The position numbers were made by a program, and so were the translations under genes. The notes under the pieces were generated by a model. It was given only the letters and a program-made list of their open reading frames with translations, was not told where the DNA came from and made no database searches. Shown piece after piece: positions 1 through 8,427 of a stretch of 64,000 bases of DNA. Origin of the DNA: Planctomycetota bacterium. Its GTDB lineage: Bacteria; Planctomycetota; UBA8108; SXIK01. The stretch is taken from the NCBI GenBank assembly GCA_965223265.1, contig OZ244999.1:8512001-8576000 (forward strand), written 5' to 3'. Within the stretch, counting starts at the first letter, position 1; every line of letters starts with the position of its first letter.

Positions 1-1813
1 CGCGATAGTTTCCCGGCGTGACGCCAGGTCGATACACGTACGTTCCCGCGTCACGCGAGTACTGAGCGTCGCCGCCGTAGGGGTCGTGCCCATGCGATTG
101 ACGCCAGCTTCCGGTCTGGCTCGTGCCTGCACCGCCGTTGTCGAGAATTACAGACTGCGGGTTGGTGAGCGCCGCGAAACCCGTCGTAGTTTCCTCGCCA
201 CCGCGACCTCCGGAGGGGAGAAAACAGACGGCGTCTGCGCTCGTTGCGCCTGTTCCTTCCGCCACCAAAGTGACGCGAGCGTCCTCGGCGAACCAGTAGG
301 TGCCGACGTAATTCCATATGCCGGCGCCGCGCAGTTGGTTGACGCTGAAGCTTGTGGATCCATCAACGTGGTCGATGATGACGGGAACCGAGCCGGAGCG
401 CCCGGGGAAATGTGACCAACGGAGAAACGTGTCGTACGGCGTCTGTGGCACCAGTGTCGCGGCGAAGGTCAGACGACCGCTGGTCGTGGCGAACAGGGAG
501 TTCGGACCGTAGGCGCCGAGCCCCTGTGAGCGCCTCCACTCACCGCTGGTGACGACGTCGGATTGGGAGTTGTCGACGACGAGAGAGTCTTCCGCAGTCG
601 TCTTCGATGCCGCCGCGACCTGACTGTCTATCTCCGCAGCGAAGAGTTCCATCGACGCCGCCGGATCGCTTGGCACGACGTCGACGATCCACGAAAACGA
701 CATGGTCCTCGCACCGGCTTCGATTTCCTGCGCTTCTTCGTCGATCGTCGTGACGTTCTGGCGGCGATGGTCGACGACTGAAATGGTGACGGAGTGTGTG
801 CCGACGTCGCTGGCGCTGGGTCTATAGGCGAACTCGGTTGAGTTAGAGTGACCTACGGCCGTGCCGTTCAGCCTCCATCGGTATTCGACGTCGCCTCCGT
901 CGCCCAGCGTCCCTTGGGCGCGAAGCACGAGTTCGTCGCCGGCGCGGACGCGCGGATTGACCAACGGCCGCACTCTCTGCAGGAGCGGAGATGCTATCCC
1001 GTCGGAGTCTTCGAGCACGTGTACGAACCACGAATAGCTCAGCGACCGCTCAGTCATGGACTCTCCGGAGGCGCCGGCTTCCGAAAGGACTTGCCCGATG
1101 CTGTCGTCGCTCCGACCTAGCAGCTGCTCAAGTGCTGTCGATCGACGCTCGAGCACTTCGACGTCGATCGTGTGGACTCCGAGTCCGAGCGAGCCGCTTT
1201 CGACGACCAGCTCTGGTCCTGCTGCGTCCATTTCGACACCGTCGATCCACCAGCGGTACTCCAGTTCGTCGCCTGCGTCACCGTCAATGGCGAGCGCGGT
1301 CACGGCGAACTCCCCGCCGGGGGTTACGGTGAAATCGGACAGTGGACCCAAAGACTCCAATTGCGGTGGACGATTCAGCGCCAGCGGCGCCGAAGCTCCC
1401 CCGTTTTCCTCGGCGTCAAGGACGTTGACCTGCCAGAGCACCGAGAGCCTCGAGGTTTCGTCTGCTGTGCTCAGCCTGGCCTCGACTTCGTGCGCTCCGA
1501 CTCCGGTCGTCAGAGTGTCGAAAGCGAAACTGAAGGCGTCCGACTCTGTCAGGGCGCCATCGACGAACCAGTCGATCTCGACGGCCTCCGAGTCATCCGA
1601 GTTTTGCGCTACCACCGCGAACTCTGCGATCGCGCCGAGGAATGTCGTCGACCTCGACGCTGCAGGAGTCGTCGACTCGAGCAGAACGCGCTGACGTTGA
1701 GGTGGAGCGGACCCGCTGCCTGATCCACCACCACCACCACCGCAACTGAGAGAGGCAATCGAAAGGGTGAACAGGGGAACGAACTTTTGGCGCAGATGTC
1801 GAAGAGAGAACAA
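1..1813 (-). CDS. Large exported lipoprotein with Ig-like modules and golvesin/Xly CBD-like domains; 3' end runs off the window
   Basis: Manual translation (not in the ORF track): TTG start after a purine-rich SD, MFSLRHLRQKFVPLFTLSIASLS-C-GGGGGSGSGS (lipobox plus Gly linker). Contains Ig-like W..DG modules, then VVDN..G.W..S..YG...VNQ..G.W.YVGTYWF...ADAV (golvesin-like), with a second such domain starting at the edge. The frame appears open to position 2. Confidence 0.8.
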   Translation of the reverse strand, partial: MFSLRHLRQKFVPLFTLSIASLSCGGGGGGSGSGSAPPQRQRVLLESTTPAASRSTTFLGAIAEFAVVAQNSDDSEAVEIDWFVDGALTESDAFSFAFDTLTTGVGAHEVEARLSTADETSRLSVLWQVNVLDAEENGGASAPLALNRPPQLESLGPLSDFTVTPGGEFAVTALAIDGDAGDELEYRWWIDGVEMDAAGPELVVESGSLGLGVHTIDVEVLERRSTALEQLLGRSDDSIGQVLSEAGASGESMTERSLSYSWFVHVLEDSDGIASPLLQRVRPLVNPRVRAGDELVLRAQGTLGDGGDVEYRWRLNGTAVGHSNSTEFAYRPSASDVGTHSVTISVVDHRRQNVTTIDEEAQEIEAGARTMSFSWIVDVVPSDPAASMELFAAEIDSQVAAASKTTAEDSLVVDNSQSDVVTSGEWRRSQGLGAYGPNSLFATTSGRLTFAATLVPQTPYDTFLRWSHFPGRSGSVPVIIDHVDGSTSFSVNQLRGAGIWNYVGTYWFAEDARVTLVAEGTGATSADAVCFLPSGGRGGEETTTGFAALTNPQSVILDNGGAGTSQTGSWRQSHGHDPYGGDAQYSRDAGTYVYRPGVTPGNYR

Positions 1814-2044
1814 AACCTCTTCACTCCTTTCCTCAAAGGCACGGGTCAGCCCGTACCTTCCTCCATTCCTTGAACGCAGCCTCATCGAGGCGACGGCATT
1901 GCACGGACTCCCGAAGGAGACCGCGCGTCCGCCGTCGAACCACCAATCCCAACAACTGTGCAGCCGAGCCGCACAGTTCCTGTTCACACTCTTTTCTTCT
2001 CGTTTGTTTCAGTGGCGGGAAGAACTCCCGTCCGTGCATGCATG

Positions 2045-2060
2045 AGCAACTACGGGGCCA
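2045..2060 (-). promoter_or_regulatory. Putative sigma54 -24/-12 promoter for the lipoprotein gene
   Basis: Minus strand TGGCCCCGTAGTTGCT (GG-N10-GC, TTGC), correctly oriented about 230 bp upstream of the start. Confidence 0.5.
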
Positions 2061-2815
2061 ATCGCGACCGCAGCGGTCTTAAGCGACGGAACCGATGCCT
2101 CGAACTTGCCTCAAACTGCACGTCTTGCGGTGGTTGCGTCGCGAACGTGGTCCGGGACGCTCGCCGCGCACGATCCGCGGGTGGGCTTGAACGCGGTGCT
2201 CGCTGCGCAGAGCTCTGTTTGATTTCCGGTCCCCGAACAGGACGCTCATTTCTCTAGCCCGCATTGCTCGCCAGATTCCTGCTGCGGGCCGTAAGTCGCG
2301 CCGTGGACTACGTCAGACTTCACGACTCGATCCTCGATGTGCAGGAAGCACGACTCCGGTCGAATCGCAAAGTCTTCCTTGCCACGACACGACTTACGGC
2401 TCCTCGCTACGGATTCTGGTGAACAATGCGGGCTAGCGAGGTTTGCGCACGTCACGTCGCCATGAGGATTGCAACCTGAGTACCGCAGTGCGTTTGAAGC
2501 ACCGGGCGCGGACACCAGCCGTCCGCGTTCTCGGCGTGTTTCTCAGTTTGCGGGACAGCTGCGCATGCTGTTGGTTTTCGCGACAGCGCTGCTATCGGAC
2601 TCGGGGCCGCGAAAGCTGGCGGGCATCACCGCAAAGTGCTATCCTAACGGCCCTTGAAAACTCCACCTCGTGTTACTCAGGCCCACCGAAAGCGGGCGCG
2701 AGCACCGAACTCGTGACGAGCACTGTGTTTGCCACGGGGATTTGGAGCTGAGGACACGGGGTTAACCGCTCTTGAGGCGACTTCGAGCGAGTCGCCGATT
2801 TCACCGGGGAATGGA

Positions 2816-4354
2816 ATGTTCGAGAGTATCACGCGCCGATTCAGTGACATCGTGCAGCGGATCGGGCCGCGCCAAAAGATCACCGAGAAAAACGTTCGGG
2901 AGACCTTGCGTGAGGTCCGCGTCGCGCTTCTTGAAGCTGATGTGGCATTCGAGGTCATCAAGGACTTTCTCAAGCGCGTTGAAGAGAAAGCGCTCGGCGA
3001 AGAGGTACTCAAAGGGGTCAACCCTGGCCAGCAGTTCATCAAGGCGGTCCATGAGGAACTCGTCGCGCTCATGGGGCCCGTGGACCCGGAGCTCGCGGTG
3101 GCTCGCAAGCCACCGACCGTCATTCTCATGGCCGGACTGCAGGGGAGCGGAAAGACGACAACCTGCGGCAAGCTTGCACTTCTGCTCCGCGACAAGCAGA
3201 AGCGGATGCCTCTTCTGGTCGCCGCAGACGTCCAGCGGCCGGCGGCTGTCGATCAGTTGAAGAAACTCGGTGCCGACACGGGAATTCCCGTATTCTCTGA
3301 GCCCGAGACGCCGCCTCCCGACATCTGTGCGCACGCCGTCAAGCAAGCCCGCCAGGAAGGCCATGACGTGGTGATCTTGGACACCGCGGGGCGGCTACAC
3401 ATCGATGACGAAATGATGCAGGAAGTCCGCGAGATCGCGACGCGCACGTCGCCAGACGAGGTGTTTCTTGTCTGCGATGCCATGGTCGGCCAAGACGCAG
3501 TGCGCAGTGCGCGAGAGTTCAACGAACAGCTGGAACTCACCGGCGTGATTCTCACCAAGCTGGACGGCGACGCCCGCGGCGGCGCAGCGCTCTCCGTCAA
3601 GAGCGTTACCGGCAAGCCCATCAAGTTCGTCGGTACCGGCGAGAAGCTCGTGGGCACGCTGGAGCCATTTCGCCCTGAAGGGATGGCAGAGCGCATCCTC
3701 GGCATGGGCGATGTCGTTTCGCTCGTCTCAAAGGTGAAGGAACACGTCGATGAAGAGGAGGCCGAGCGGCTGCGCTCGAAGCTGCTGGAAAACACGTTTA
3801 ATTTGAACGATTTTCTCGGGCAGCTACGCACGATGCGCAAGATGGGATCAATGGCCGACATGCTGAAGATGGTCCCTGGGCTCGGCGCGCACGTCGACGA
3901 CATGGACATCGACGAGGGAGAATTGGTCCGAGTCGAAGCAATCATTCAGTCGATGACGCCCCGGGAGCGAGTGCGCCCCGAGATTCTCAACACGATGCGG
4001 CGTGATCGGATCGCGCGCGGATCGGGCGTGACGCGTATGGACGTCGACGATCTGCTCAAGCAGTTCAGCGCTATGCGCAAGATGATGGATCAGATGGGGC
4101 GGGCCGGGGGCAAGGGGCCGCTCGGTAAGATCAAGCAGCTCGCTCATGCCAAACGGCAGATGGGGGACATTGGGGGCATGATGCGTCAGCTTATGGAGTC
4201 TGCCCCCGGGGCCGGAGCCGCCCAGCCGCCGCCACCGGACGGGGCGCGTCGCGGCGCCGGGACCAAAGGCTCGGTTGCCCGGCCGTCGCGCGAGCAGATT
4301 CGCGAACGACGCAAGAAAGAGCGCAAGAATCGCCGCAAGGCGCGACGCCGCTGA
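2816..4354 (+). CDS. ffh: Signal recognition particle protein Ffh
   Basis: LLEADV, GLQGSGKTTT, DTAGR, TKLDGDARGG and a Met-rich M domain. Confidence 0.98.
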   Translation: MFESITRRFSDIVQRIGPRQKITEKNVRETLREVRVALLEADVAFEVIKDFLKRVEEKALGEEVLKGVNPGQQFIKAVHEELVALMGPVDPELAVARKPPTVILMAGLQGSGKTTTCGKLALLLRDKQKRMPLLVAADVQRPAAVDQLKKLGADTGIPVFSEPETPPPDICAHAVKQARQEGHDVVILDTAGRLHIDDEMMQEVREIATRTSPDEVFLVCDAMVGQDAVRSAREFNEQLELTGVILTKLDGDARGGAALSVKSVTGKPIKFVGTGEKLVGTLEPFRPEGMAERILGMGDVVSLVSKVKEHVDEEEAERLRSKLLENTFNLNDFLGQLRTMRKMGSMADMLKMVPGLGAHVDDMDIDEGELVRVEAIIQSMTPRERVRPEILNTMRRDRIARGSGVTRMDVDDLLKQFSAMRKMMDQMGRAGGKGPLGKIKQLAHAKRQMGDIGGMMRQLMESAPGAGAAQPPPPDGARRGAGTKGSVARPSREQIRERRKKERKNRRKARRR

Positions 4355-4428
4355 GCCGCTAGGATGGGTGGTGCCCGGGGTCATTGGTTGCAGCTGCGGA
4401 CGGCCTTTTCCCGGTGTTCGGTAAAGCC

Positions 4429-4456
4429 TTGCATGGGGTTCGGGCTGTGGCATAAT
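4429..4456 (+). promoter_or_regulatory. Putative sigma70 promoter for rpsP
   Basis: TTGCAT-N16-CATAAT with TG (extended -10). Confidence 0.35.
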
Positions 4457-4627
4457 AGGCGTTCTTTGTCTTGTCGCTCCCGTGCGACGAGTAGCCACCG
4501 CCTTCGGTTTCGGCCGGTTTTTTGGTGCTGCTGCAGACATCGCGCGGCGTAGCGTTACCGCGTGGATCGTTCGCGGGTCATTCGCGGATAGCGTTCCGCC
4601 AGTTCACTCAGAAGCGAGGCAAGCCAC

Positions 4628-5032
4628 ATGGCTGTCAGACTGCGGTTGGTGCGTGTTGGTAAGAAGGGGCGCCCATCTTACCGAATTTGTGCCATCGATC
4701 GGCGCCGCCAGCGCGATGGCGCGTACCTTGAGAATATCGGTTGTTACGACCCGTTTTGTGCGGACGCCCAGAAGCGCGTTCGACTCAAGCGAGACCGCGC
4801 TGAATACTGGATTTCGGTCGGCGCCACGCCTTCGCACACCGTGCGTAGTTTCCTCCGCCGCGAGAGGGTTGAGGGGATCGGAGCGGGTGTCCCGACGAAA
4901 CCACAGAAGCGCCGAAAAAAGAAGCTGTCGGCAAAGAGAATTGCTGCACGAGTCGTCAAGAGGCGTAAAGCCCGCAAGGGTGCCGCCAAAGCGGCCTCTG
5001 GCGCGACGGAAGCCGGTTCGAAAGACAGCTGA
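4628..5032 (+). CDS. rpsP: 30S ribosomal protein S16 with a Lys-rich C-terminal extension
   Basis: MAVRLRLVRVGKKGRPSYRI...RDG...G.YDP...GATPS; ffh-rpsP-trmD-rplS context. Confidence 0.97.
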   Translation: MAVRLRLVRVGKKGRPSYRICAIDRRRQRDGAYLENIGCYDPFCADAQKRVRLKRDRAEYWISVGATPSHTVRSFLRRERVEGIGAGVPTKPQKRRKKKLSAKRIAARVVKRRKARKGAAKAASGATEAGSKDS

Positions 5033-5252
5033 AGAAAACAGTGATCGTCGCCCCGAGCATCTTTTCGACGGTGCCTTTCCGAGAGTACGCGCGGCGACCT
5101 GAGAGCCCCTGGACCTGAACTTTCGCCATCGCGGTGCTGGATTGACGTCGCGATCGCTCGTGTCGATGTGTTGACACCGCGCTGCCCTCTCGGAAGGGCC
5201 GCGCATGGGAGATGAGATATTCAATCGAGCCGACGGAGAGAGACGGATCGCC

Positions 5253-6017
5253 ATGTCGTTCAGCGTCGACATCTTGACCATCTTTCCCGGGATGTTCCCG
5301 GCAGTGCTCGGCGAGAGTATCGTCGGTCGCGCCCAATCGTCGGGGCTCGTTGAGATCGACTACACCGACATTCGGTCGTTCGCTCAGGACCGCCATTTGA
5401 GCGTGGACGACCGGCCTTACGGTGGCGGACCGGGGATGGTGTTCAAACCAGAACCCGTGTTCGCGGCTGTCGACCACGTTCTGGCGCAGGAGCGCGCGCC
5501 GGCGGGTAACACGCGTAAGTTGATCTTGTCGCCGCAGGGGCGACGGTTGGAGCAGGAGCACCTCCGCGACCTGGCGACGGCGAGCTGGGTGGTGCTGCTG
5601 TGCGGTCACTACGAGGGCTTCGACGAGCGCATCCATGTTGGCCTCTCGGAGGCAGGCTTCGAAGAGGTGTCGATTGGCGACTACGTCCTCTCGGGAGGTG
5701 AGATTCCTGCTATGGTCATTCTCGAGGGCGTCGTGCGTCTGCTGCCCGGCGCCATCGGTGATCCGGAGTCCGCAAATCGGGAGAGCTTCGAGGAAGGTCT
5801 TCTCGACTACCCGCAGTACACGCGACCGCCCGAGTTTCGCGGCATGAAGGTGCCCGAGGTGCTTCTCTCCGGAAACCACCCAGAAATCGCGCGTTGGCGA
5901 CAGGAGCAGGCGCTGCAGCGCACACGGCAGCGTCGGAGCGACCTGCTTGGCGATGGCACCGCGGTGGATGGTGCAGGGCTCATCAGCGCGGGAAACGACA
6001 GCAAGTCCGTTTGTTGA
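5253..6017 (+). CDS. trmD: tRNA (guanine37-N1)-methyltransferase
   Basis: DDRPYGGGPGM, CGHYEGFDER, SIGDYVLSGGE, PQYTRP. Confidence 0.98.
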   Translation: MSFSVDILTIFPGMFPAVLGESIVGRAQSSGLVEIDYTDIRSFAQDRHLSVDDRPYGGGPGMVFKPEPVFAAVDHVLAQERAPAGNTRKLILSPQGRRLEQEHLRDLATASWVVLLCGHYEGFDERIHVGLSEAGFEEVSIGDYVLSGGEIPAMVILEGVVRLLPGAIGDPESANRESFEEGLLDYPQYTRPPEFRGMKVPEVLLSGNHPEIARWRQEQALQRTRQRRSDLLGDGTAVDGAGLISAGNDSKSVC

Positions 6018-6024
6018 ATTTGAG

Positions 6025-6184
6025 CTGAGCTCGTTGAAAAATCATTCGGCCGAGAAACTGGCCTCTTCATGCCCAACTCGACAGCTTCAATACTCGAAAA
6101 CCTGGGAGATTGCCTCTGTTCGCCGCAGCCGGTCTGGACGGGAAGACCAGTTTTCGACTCGAAGCACTTTTGAGCAAACTGCTA
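6025..6184. mobile_element. Degenerate MITE-like element with imperfect inverted ends
   Basis: About 6037-6076 is nearly the reverse complement of 13056-13095. The right part (6130-6184) is a degenerate inverted copy ending TTTTGAGCAAACTGCTA. Confidence 0.45.
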
Positions 6185-6206
6185 ACGGTGAGTGAAAGGA
6201 TGTCAG

Positions 6207-6581
6207 ATGGAATTACTCAAGAAAGTCGAGGCGAGTAGCCTCAAAGAGTCGGTGCCTGATTTTCGCGTCGGCGACACGGTGGACGTTCACGTGCGCATTA
6301 AGGAAGGCGAGAAGGAACGCGTTCAAATCTTTTCTGGCACTGTCATCAAGATTCGCGGTGGACGCGGAATCCACGGCTCGTTCACGGTGCGCCGCATCGT
6401 GCAGAGTGAAGGCGTCGAGCGGGTCTTTCCGTTCCACGCACCCACGATTCAGGACGTCGTCGTCAAGCGGCCTGGCCAGGTGCGTCGCGCCAAACTCTAC
6501 TATCTGCGCAATCGCGTTGGTAAGGCGACGAAGGTGAAGGAACGTGTCGAGTACGGCAAGAAATCGAAGCGCTCTAAGTGA
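6207..6581 (+). CDS. rplS: 50S ribosomal protein L19
   Basis: FRVGDTVDVHVRIKEGEKERVQ, GVERVFP, VRRAKLYYLR. Confidence 0.98.
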   Translation: MELLKKVEASSLKESVPDFRVGDTVDVHVRIKEGEKERVQIFSGTVIKIRGGRGIHGSFTVRRIVQSEGVERVFPFHAPTIQDVVVKRPGQVRRAKLYYLRNRVGKATKVKERVEYGKKSKRSK

Positions 6582-6701
6582 ACTACTGTTCTGGATTCGT
6601 TTTCTGCACCGACACAAGGTTTCTCGGGGTAGCAACCTCAGAAGGCGCTGAGTCTCGCCGAGCTTGTCGGCTGGGCTCGACGCGAAATGGCCACTCGGAA
6701 G

Positions 6702-7127
6702 CTATAGCTGCAGGAACGCCGGGTACCATTTGATTTCGCAGGTCCTGAGCCGGCCGTTTTCGCGGCGTTCGAACGTCACCGTCACAGCGTCGAGCCGAAG
6801 CATGCCGGGTGGGTCGGTGAGTTCACGATAGTATTTCCAGCAGCTGCGACGCAGCGCCCGTCGCTTGCGGGCGTCGAACGCCTCGAGGCCGGTGAAGTTG
6901 GATTTCAAGTGGGTGGATCTCGACTTGACCTCCACGAAAACGAGTGTGCCTTCGTCCACCCCGACGAGGTCGATTTCGCCGCGGCCGACGCGCGCGTTGC
7001 GGTCGGTGATCGTCAGCCCTTGGGCGCGAAGATAGCGGGCGGCCTCGCGCTCGCCGCGACGCGCAAGTGAGCGACTGACCGGGGTGCGTGCCCATCGCGG
7101 CCAGCGGAAGAGAGTTCCTATCCCCAA
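6702..7127 (-). CDS. yraN: YraN/UPF0102 family PD-(D/E)XK protein (start uncertain)
   Basis: GEREAARYL...G..I.DRN....GEIDLV...LVFVEVKSR...R.DAV. Confidence 0.85.
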   Translation of the reverse strand: MGIGTLFRWPRWARTPVSRSLARRGEREAARYLRAQGLTITDRNARVGRGEIDLVGVDEGTLVFVEVKSRSTHLKSNFTGLEAFDARKRRALRRSCWKYYRELTDPPGMLRLDAVTVTFERRENGRLRTCEIKWYPAFLQL

Positions 7128-7533
7128 GTCTGTTACCTCACACTGCCGCCTCGCGCTCGCTGCGACGGTTTCGCCGCGGGTGCCGTGGTCTGACGGACGC
7201 CACGGCGTCATCTCCAGCAATGATCTCGGCGGTGATCCCCGAAGTGGCGAGTCCAAAGCGCCGAACGCTTTGAACTCGCCGACTCGGTTACCGGCCACAA
7301 GCCGGGGGCGCGCCGGACGCGAAAGGCAGATTGCCCCGACGCCGATATGATAACATGAAGATCCCATGACGAACCTCGGCTCCATCCGTCCCAGGCGACA
7401 GCTCGCTACGCCGTTCATGGGTGGGTGTCGGCTGCGTCGTTTGGCGCGGCGACCGAGTCAAGGTTCCCGGCGTCTAGACGCCGTTTGCTTCATGGGAGAA
7501 CTGATCCTCTCGAAACGACCGAATAGCCGCTAA

Positions 7534-8283
7534 ATGAAGAACTCTTCCAACTCGGAAACCGCGACTCGACGTCTTGACGCTGCGGACGACAGGATTTCTG
7601 TGTGCGAAAGCCGGATCGGATACTCTTTCCGGGACGCGACGTTTCTTTCGCAGGCGCTGACACATTCGTCGATCAAGAGTGACGAGTCGCCCTCCAACGA
7701 ACGCCTTGAATTCCTTGGTGATTCGGTCCTCGGCCTCGTCATGACTGAGTTCCTTTACAACTTTTACGACGAGAAGGACGAGGGAGAGCTCACCAAGATC
7801 AAGTCGGTCGTCGTCAGCACCGTGGTGCTGGCCCGTGAAAGCGCACGCCTCGGCTTGAGCGAACTCTACAATGTCGGCAAGGGGGTCGGCCAAAAGCGGC
7901 TGCCGGTGTCGCTTCAAGCGAATGTCTTTGAAGCGGTCGTGGCAGCCATCTACAAGGACGGCGGGCTTGAGTTCGCGCGCCGGTTCATCCTGCGGAACCT
8001 CTATCACCATGTCTTGGCAGTCGCCAAGAATCAGCACAAGAAGAACTACAAGTCGCTGCTGCAGCAATGGATGCAGAAGGAATATAACCAGACGCCAACC
8101 TACGCCGTGATGTCAGAGCACGGACCCGATCACCGCAAGAACTTCGAGGTCGTTGCCGTCGTCGGGAAGACGCGCTACAAGAGCGGACGAGGAACCTCGA
8201 AGAAGGAGGCGGAGCAGCTCGCGGCGCGCGAAACGCTCCTCCAGCTCCTGGGTCCGGAGTCGACTTGGGACAACATCGTCTGA
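7534..8283 (+). CDS. rnc: Ribonuclease III
   Basis: ALTHSS, NERLEFLGDSVLG, dsRBD (NYKSLLQ...GPDH...G.SKKEAEQ.AA). Confidence 0.97.
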   Translation: MKNSSNSETATRRLDAADDRISVCESRIGYSFRDATFLSQALTHSSIKSDESPSNERLEFLGDSVLGLVMTEFLYNFYDEKDEGELTKIKSVVVSTVVLARESARLGLSELYNVGKGVGQKRLPVSLQANVFEAVVAAIYKDGGLEFARRFILRNLYHHVLAVAKNQHKKNYKSLLQQWMQKEYNQTPTYAVMSEHGPDHRKNFEVVAVVGKTRYKSGRGTSKKEAEQLAARETLLQLLGPESTWDNIV

Positions 8284-8427
8284 ATCAACCGGCGCGCTCC
8301 TCATGTGTTCTGTCGGCCTAACCCCAGCACCTGAAGAAATGACGAGTCAACACGGTGTGCCATCCCCCGCGCGACGCGACGCTTTGTCGCCACTTTGTCT
8401 TCGCGTTCGCGACGACGACCGGTCGCT

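Noticed and set aside
51-1723. Multiple short plus-strand ORFs
   Set aside because: Shadows of the minus-strand lipoprotein gene
2600-2760. Possible SRP RNA (ffs) or c-di-GMP riboswitch upstream of ffh, suggested by GNRA-capped hairpins
   Set aside because: Lacks the canonical CAGG-x-GNRA-x-AGCAG helix geometry and the full riboswitch consensus; needs an Infernal search
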